DNA of 64,000 nucleotides from Polyangiales bacterium (lineage in GTDB: Bacteria > Myxococcota_A > Polyangia > Polyangiales > JADJQN01), in assembly GCA_964202905.1 (NCBI GenBank), contig CAXNJO010000002.1, positions 416,001 through 480,000 on the forward strand, written 5' to 3'. Each line of letters opens with the position of its first letter. The stretch's first letter is position 1. Shown piece by piece: positions 58,966 to 64,000 of this stretch. The notes under the pieces were generated by a model. The model saw nothing but the letters and a program-made list of their open reading frames with translations. It made no database searches and was not told where the DNA came from. Made by a program: the position numbers and the translations under genes.

Positions 58966-61900
58966 TCAGTAGGTGACGAACTCCACCCCGTCGTTGGCCA
59001 GCGTGAAGTTCGTCGCGTTGCGACCGGGGCGGAAGTACGCCGCCGACCCGGCCGAGTCTTCGACACCCTGCGTGATGGTGCGCGACGAAGTCGGCAACGA
59101 CGTGGTGTGGATCTGGATGCGGTCGGTGGTCTCGAAGAGGATGATCTGCGTCGTCACCGGCGTGGACGTCGCGTAGTACGGCACGGAGATGTACGACACG
59201 ACGAACGTGCGGTTGGGCGCCGCGCCGCGCGTCTGATAGCGGATGGTCCCGCTGCTCGTGAGGCTCAGATCCGTCCACGCGGCCGCGATGAGGTCGTCCG
59301 TAAAGTCGAAGGACGGAATCGTGGACCCCGAGCAGCAACCCGAACCGATGCCCGTGTCGAAGCTCAGGAAGCCGTTCGAGGAGATCGACACCTGCGTGTA
59401 GGTGTTGTTGAAGAAGCGGAAGCTGAACCCGATCGGGATCGCTCCGGTGGTGCCGTCGTCGGTGGCCGCGAGGACTGACGTCCCCGTCGTCGCGACGGGC
59501 GCGAAGGGGATCGCGTAAGCGCCCGGCGTCGTGACCGAGCAGCCCTCGTCGGTGCTGCCGTTGCAGTTGTCGTCGGCGCCGTTCGCGCAGACCTCGGCCG
59601 TGGAGCTCGTCGCGTCGTTGCAGACGAGCGCCCCGCCCGAGCACACGCGGGTGCCCTCGACGCAGAGGTCCGTGTCCGCGCCATCGCACGGCGCACCGCC
59701 GCCCGGATTGCCATCGTCGGTGATGCCATTGCAGTCGTCATCGAGGCCGTTGCACGTCTCGACGCTCGTGCCGGTCACGTCGTTGCAGACGAGCGTGCCG
59801 CTCGCGCAGGTGCGCGTGCCCTCGTTGCAGACGTCGCCGTCCGACCCGTCGCAGGGCGTGCCGCCGCCGGGGTTGCCGTCGTCGATGACGCCGTTGCAGT
59901 CGTCGTCGGCGCCGTTGCACGCCTCGAGCGACGTCCCCGTCGTGTCGCTGCACACGAGGGCGCCGCCCGTGCAGGTGCCGACGCCCTCGTTGCAGAGGTC
60001 ACCGTCACCCCCGTCGCACGCCGCGCCACCGCCCGGATTGCCATCGTCGACGATGCCATCGCAGTCGTCGTCGGTGCCGTTGCAGCTCTCTGCGACCGGG
60101 CCGACCCAGCCCGCGCATGTGCCCCACGTCGAACCGACGCCGCCCGAGCCCGAGACGCACGTCTGCGCGCCGGTCACGCACGCGCCGACCCCGCTGGTAC
60201 CCGACGAGCCGCCGTAGCAGCTGCGCGTCGCGCCGAGTGAGCAGTCGCAGCCCTCGTCCGTGGCGCCGTTGCAGTTGTCGTCGACTCCATTGCAGCTCTC
60301 GGTGTTGGAGCCCGTCGCGTCGTCGCAGACGAGCATGCCCGCCATGCAGCGGTTCACGCCCTCCTGGCAGCTGTCCGCGTCCGCGCCGTCGCACGCGCCG
60401 CCGTCCGCGCCGTCGTCGGCCGTGCCGTCGCAGTCGTCGTCGAGCCCGTTGCACACCTCCGTGCCCGGCAGCCCGCTCGACGCGCTGCACGTCGTCCCCG
60501 CGCCATCCGCGCGGCAGACGTACGCGCCCGTGCGCGCGCACCCGCCGACGCCGACCGTGCAGGGGCGGCCGAGCTCGGTGAAGGGCTCGTCCACGACTCC
60601 GTCGCAGTCGTCGTCGATCGCGTTGCACAGCTCGGTGCCGGGCGCCGCCGCGCCCACGCTGCACGTCGTGCCGCTGCCGTCCGAGCGGCAGACGACCGAC
60701 CCGGTGCGCGCGCACGCGCCGACGCCCACCGAACACGCGCCGCCGAGCGAGAAGCCGTTGTCGACGGCGCCGTCGCCGTCGTCGTCGCAGGTGTTGCAGA
60801 ACTCGGTCGCGACGCAGCGGCCCCAGCCGCACGCGTCACCGCAGGTCTGGCTGCCGATCGTGCCGCAGCCGGGCACGACGCACGGCCGCGTCTCGCCCGC
60901 GCGGCACTCGACCGTGCTGCCCGGGCCGGGCTCGTCGATGCGACCGTCGCCATTGTCGTCGCAGCCGTTGCACGTCTCGGTCGGAGCGAGGCACGCGCCG
61001 AGACGGCACGCGCCGTTGCACGTCTGCGAGCCTCCCGTGCCGCACGTCGTCGTGCAGGTGCGCGCGCCCGAGCCGAGCGCGCATTGCATGCCGGGGCCGT
61101 CGTCGACGCCCACGGGGAACGCCGCGCCCCCGCCGGAGCAGTCGTTGTCGACACCGTCGCAGAGCTCCGCCGCGCCGGGGCGGATCGCGCGGTTGAGGTC
61201 GTCACAGTCGGCCCCCGACGCGCAACCGATCGCGGTGAAGCCGTCCCCGTCCGCGTCCGAGCCGCCCGCGACGCACATGCCCGGCTCCACGCAGGAGTCC
61301 GTCGTGCACGCGAGGCCGTCGCTGCAGTCGAGTCGCGCCCCCGCGACGCAGCCCATGCCAGGCGTCGTGCCCGTCACGTCGCAGCGCTCGGCGCCGTTGC
61401 ACACGAGGCCGTCCGAGCACGCCGCGTCGTTCGCGTCCTGGACGCAGGCGTCGGTCATCGCGTCACAGCGGCCGACGGAGCAGCCGATCGAGTCGCGGCA
61501 CTCGGGGGCCGTGCCCGACACACAGCCCGCCATCGCGTCGCAGCGCTCGGCGCCGTTGCAGAAGACCGCGTCGTCGCACGCCGCGGCCTCGGGGACCGCG
61601 ACGCAGCCGCCGGTCATCTCGTCGCAGACGTCGCGCGTGCAAGCCACGGCGTCGTCGCAGGCGAGCGCGGCGCCCGACACGCAGCCCTCGCCGTCGGCGC
61701 CTGCGCCGCCGGGCACGCAGGTCTCGGCCCCGTTGCAGACGAGCCCGTCGTCGCACGCGGTGTCCGCGGGTGCGCTCGCGCACGCGTCGCGGGTCGCGTC
61801 GCACGCGTCCACGGTGCAGGCAAAACCGTCGTCGCAATTGGGCACGTCCCCGCGCCGACAGCCGAACGCCGGGTCGCAGCGCTCGGCGCCGTTGCAGAAG

Positions 61901-62332
61901 ACACCATCGTCACAGGTGGCATCCGATTCGCAGGGCCGCGGCGCCGTGCAGCCGTCGATGCGGTCGCACATCAGCCCCACCGGGCACCGCGTGTCGTCCG
62001 CCGCCGCAGAGCACGCGCCCGTGCCGGGATCGCAGGCGTCCGCCGTGCATCCGATCGCGTCGTCGCAGACGACGGGCGTGCCGGGAACGCACACGCCGGC
62101 GATGCACGTCTCGCGCCCGTTGCAGGCGTCGAGGTCGTCGCAGGCGGCTGTCGTCCGCGCAGGTCGGCCCGGCGTCCCGGTCGCCGGGGTTCGCGTCGAC
62201 CTCGGCGTCGAGCGCCGCGTCCGCGGCCGGCCCTGCGTCGAACGCGCGCCGTGGCGGCACACCGCTCGCGCAGGCCGCGAGAGCGCCCGTCGCGAGGGCG
62301 AGCGCCGCCATCGAACACAGCACGTGGAACAT
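58966..62332 (-). CDS. Large Cys-rich surface lipoprotein (MopE-like metal-binding repeats) with C-terminal nidogen/NIDO-like domain; one frameshift
   Basis: MFHVLCSMAALALATGALAAC; frame switch at about 62147; many ExCNGxDDDCDG repeats; distal IPIGFSFRFF..TYTQVSISSNGFLSF...IAAAWTDL. Confidence 0.85.
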
Positions 62333-62497
62333 GGACCTCGGGCGGGCGGGCAAGGCGCGGCAGAAAGTCATCGAGAGACCGTACGCGAATGACGCGGTCG
62401 AGATCCATGGGACTTTCCGAGCATTGCGCGGGCGGGGTACGCTCGTGCAGCCGCATCGGGTCTGCCGCCCGACCGCGCGCACCGAGAGACACGCCCC

Positions 62498-64000
62498 ATG
62501 ACTCCCACCGTGCGTCCCGCCTCGATCTGGCTCGCCGTGCTGATCACGACCGCAGCCGCCTGCGGAGGCGCAGGGGATTCCGGGGGCGGCGGCATGACGC
62601 GCGCCGACGGCGGCCCGCCGCGCACCGACGCGGGGCCGACGGGCATGGACGGCAGCACGATCGGGGAGGACGGAGGCGGCTCCGGGGCGGACGGCGGTGA
62701 CGTGGACGCGGGCCCGACCGACGAACTCTGCAACGGCGTGGACGACGACGCGGACGGCCGCGTCGACGAAGGCTGCGGCTGCGAGTCCGGCACCACGCAG
62801 GCCTGCTGGCCGGGCGACCCGTCGCTCGCGGGCGTCGGCCTCTGTCTGCTCGGACGCCAGACCTGCGTGGACACCGGCGCCGAGTTCGGCACCTGGGGCG
62901 CGTGCATCGGGGCCGAGCCGCCGGGCACGGAGGCGTGCGACGCGCGCGACAACGACTGCGACGGCGTCGTCGACGACGGCTGCGACTGCACGGCGGCCGA
63001 GACGCGCCCCTGCTACGAGGGTCCCGCGGGCACCCTCGGCATCGGAGCGTGCCGCGGCGGCACGGAGCGCTGCGCGTCGGGCGCGGGCGGCATCGGCACC
63101 GCATGGGGAACGTGCGCGGGCGCCGTGCTCCCCGCTACGGAGCTGTGTGACGGCATCGACAACGACTGCAACGGCGCCGTCGACGAGGGCTGCGGCTGCA
63201 CCGACGGCACCGCGCGCGATTGCTACACCGGCCCAGCGGGGACGGAGGGCGTGGGCCTCTGCCGCGCGGGTCGGCAGTACTGCTCGGTCGACGCGACGGG
63301 CCTCGCCGTGTGGGGCGCGTGCGACGGCGTCGCGCTGCCCGGGGCGGACACGTGCAACGGCATCGACGACGACTGCGACGGCACGGCCGACGAGGACTGC
63401 CTCTGCCCGCCCGGCTCCGTGCGCAGCTGCTACGAGGGCCCCGCCGGGACGCGCGGCATCGGCCTCTGCCGCGCGGGCACGCAGGCGTGCACGCTCGTGA
63501 CGGGCGGCGCGGGCTCGGATTGGGCCGCGTGCACCGGCGAGCGCCTCCCGAGCGAGGAGCTCTGCAACGGCACCGACGACGACTGCGACGGCCTCCTCGA
63601 CGAGGGCTGCTCGTGCCGGCTCGGCGAGACGCGCAGCTGCTACTCGGGCCCGGCCGGCTCGGTCGGCTACGGCATGTGCCGCGCGGGCACGCAGACCTGC
63701 GCCGCGGGCAGCGACGGGTCGCCGGGCTGGGGCCCGTGTGGCGGCGAGCGCACGCCCGACCCCGAGGTCTGCTTCGATGGTCTCGATGGCGACTGCGACG
63801 GCGTGGTCGACGACGGCTGCGTGTGCCGCGAGGGCACCCCGCGCGGCTGCTACGCCGGCCCCGCCGAGACGCGCGGCGTCGGCCTGTGCACCGACGGCGT
63901 GCAGACGTGCGCGCTCGCGAGCGGCGGCGCGGGCGCGGACTGGGGCACCTGCACCGGCGGCCGGCTGCCGGCGGGCGAGCTCTGCGACGGCCTCGACAAC
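62498..64000 (+). CDS. Cys-rich repeat surface lipoprotein, N-terminal part; runs off the window edge
   Basis: Not in ORF track. MTPTVRPASIWLAVLITTAAAC, DGG tether, about six ~70-aa units ExCxGxDxDCxGxxDEGCxC...CYxGPxGTxGxGxCxxGxQxC...WGxCxG. Confidence 0.88.
   Translation, partial: MTPTVRPASIWLAVLITTAAACGGAGDSGGGGMTRADGGPPRTDAGPTGMDGSTIGEDGGGSGADGGDVDAGPTDELCNGVDDDADGRVDEGCGCESGTTQACWPGDPSLAGVGLCLLGRQTCVDTGAEFGTWGACIGAEPPGTEACDARDNDCDGVVDDGCDCTAAETRPCYEGPAGTLGIGACRGGTERCASGAGGIGTAWGTCAGAVLPATELCDGIDNDCNGAVDEGCGCTDGTARDCYTGPAGTEGVGLCRAGRQYCSVDATGLAVWGACDGVALPGADTCNGIDDDCDGTADEDCLCPPGSVRSCYEGPAGTRGIGLCRAGTQACTLVTGGAGSDWAACTGERLPSEELCNGTDDDCDGLLDEGCSCRLGETRSCYSGPAGSVGYGMCRAGTQTCAAGSDGSPGWGPCGGERTPDPEVCFDGLDGDCDGVVDDGCVCREGTPRGCYAGPAETRGVGLCTDGVQTCALASGGAGADWGTCTGGRLPAGELCDGLDN

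Noticed and set aside
58..62700. Numerous long Arg/Ala/Pro-rich ORFs (e.g. 58..3186 part, 8211..12917, 14317..19602, 24543..26978)
   Set aside because: Shadow frames of real genes in very GC-rich DNA; no motifs and wrong codon-position bias.
1..64000. tRNA, rRNA, IS elements, prophage
   Set aside because: No recognisable RNA gene signatures, transposase, integrase or phage genes seen by eye; a covariance-model scan would be needed to exclude small RNAs.

Overview
Very GC-rich bacterial chromosomal DNA, almost certainly from a myxobacterium (Myxococcota, probably Polyangiales/Sandaracinaceae-like). The assignment is inferred from a MYXO-CTERM tail, Cys-rich repeat lipoproteins, four Hanks-type kinase genes and giant TPR proteins. 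About 43 protein genes are supportable: housekeeping (Clp ATPase, nadD, hutH, rpsT, murJ, engB, msrA), signalling (kinases, orphan HisKA_2 kinase, LysR), two MepA-like murein endopeptidases and many surface lipoproteins. No tRNA, rRNA, CRISPR or transposase was seen. Most long ORFs in the supplied track are high-GC shadow frames, and two real genes cut by the window edges (1-465, 62498-64000) are missing from it. At least eight genes carry frameshifts, most likely consensus errors. Highlights: (1) an intact, eukaryote-architecture 6-phosphofructo-2-kinase/fructose-2,6-bisphosphatase; (2) an operon of two giant TPR solenoids ending in degenerate M48-like domains plus a metal-ligand-less YfcE/Vps29-fold protein; (3) a kinase with its catalytic core deleted in frame; (4) a recurring leaderless-promoter signature; (5) a shared acidic DAG/DGG tether on surface lipoproteins. 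All family calls are from motif recognition by eye; no database search was run.
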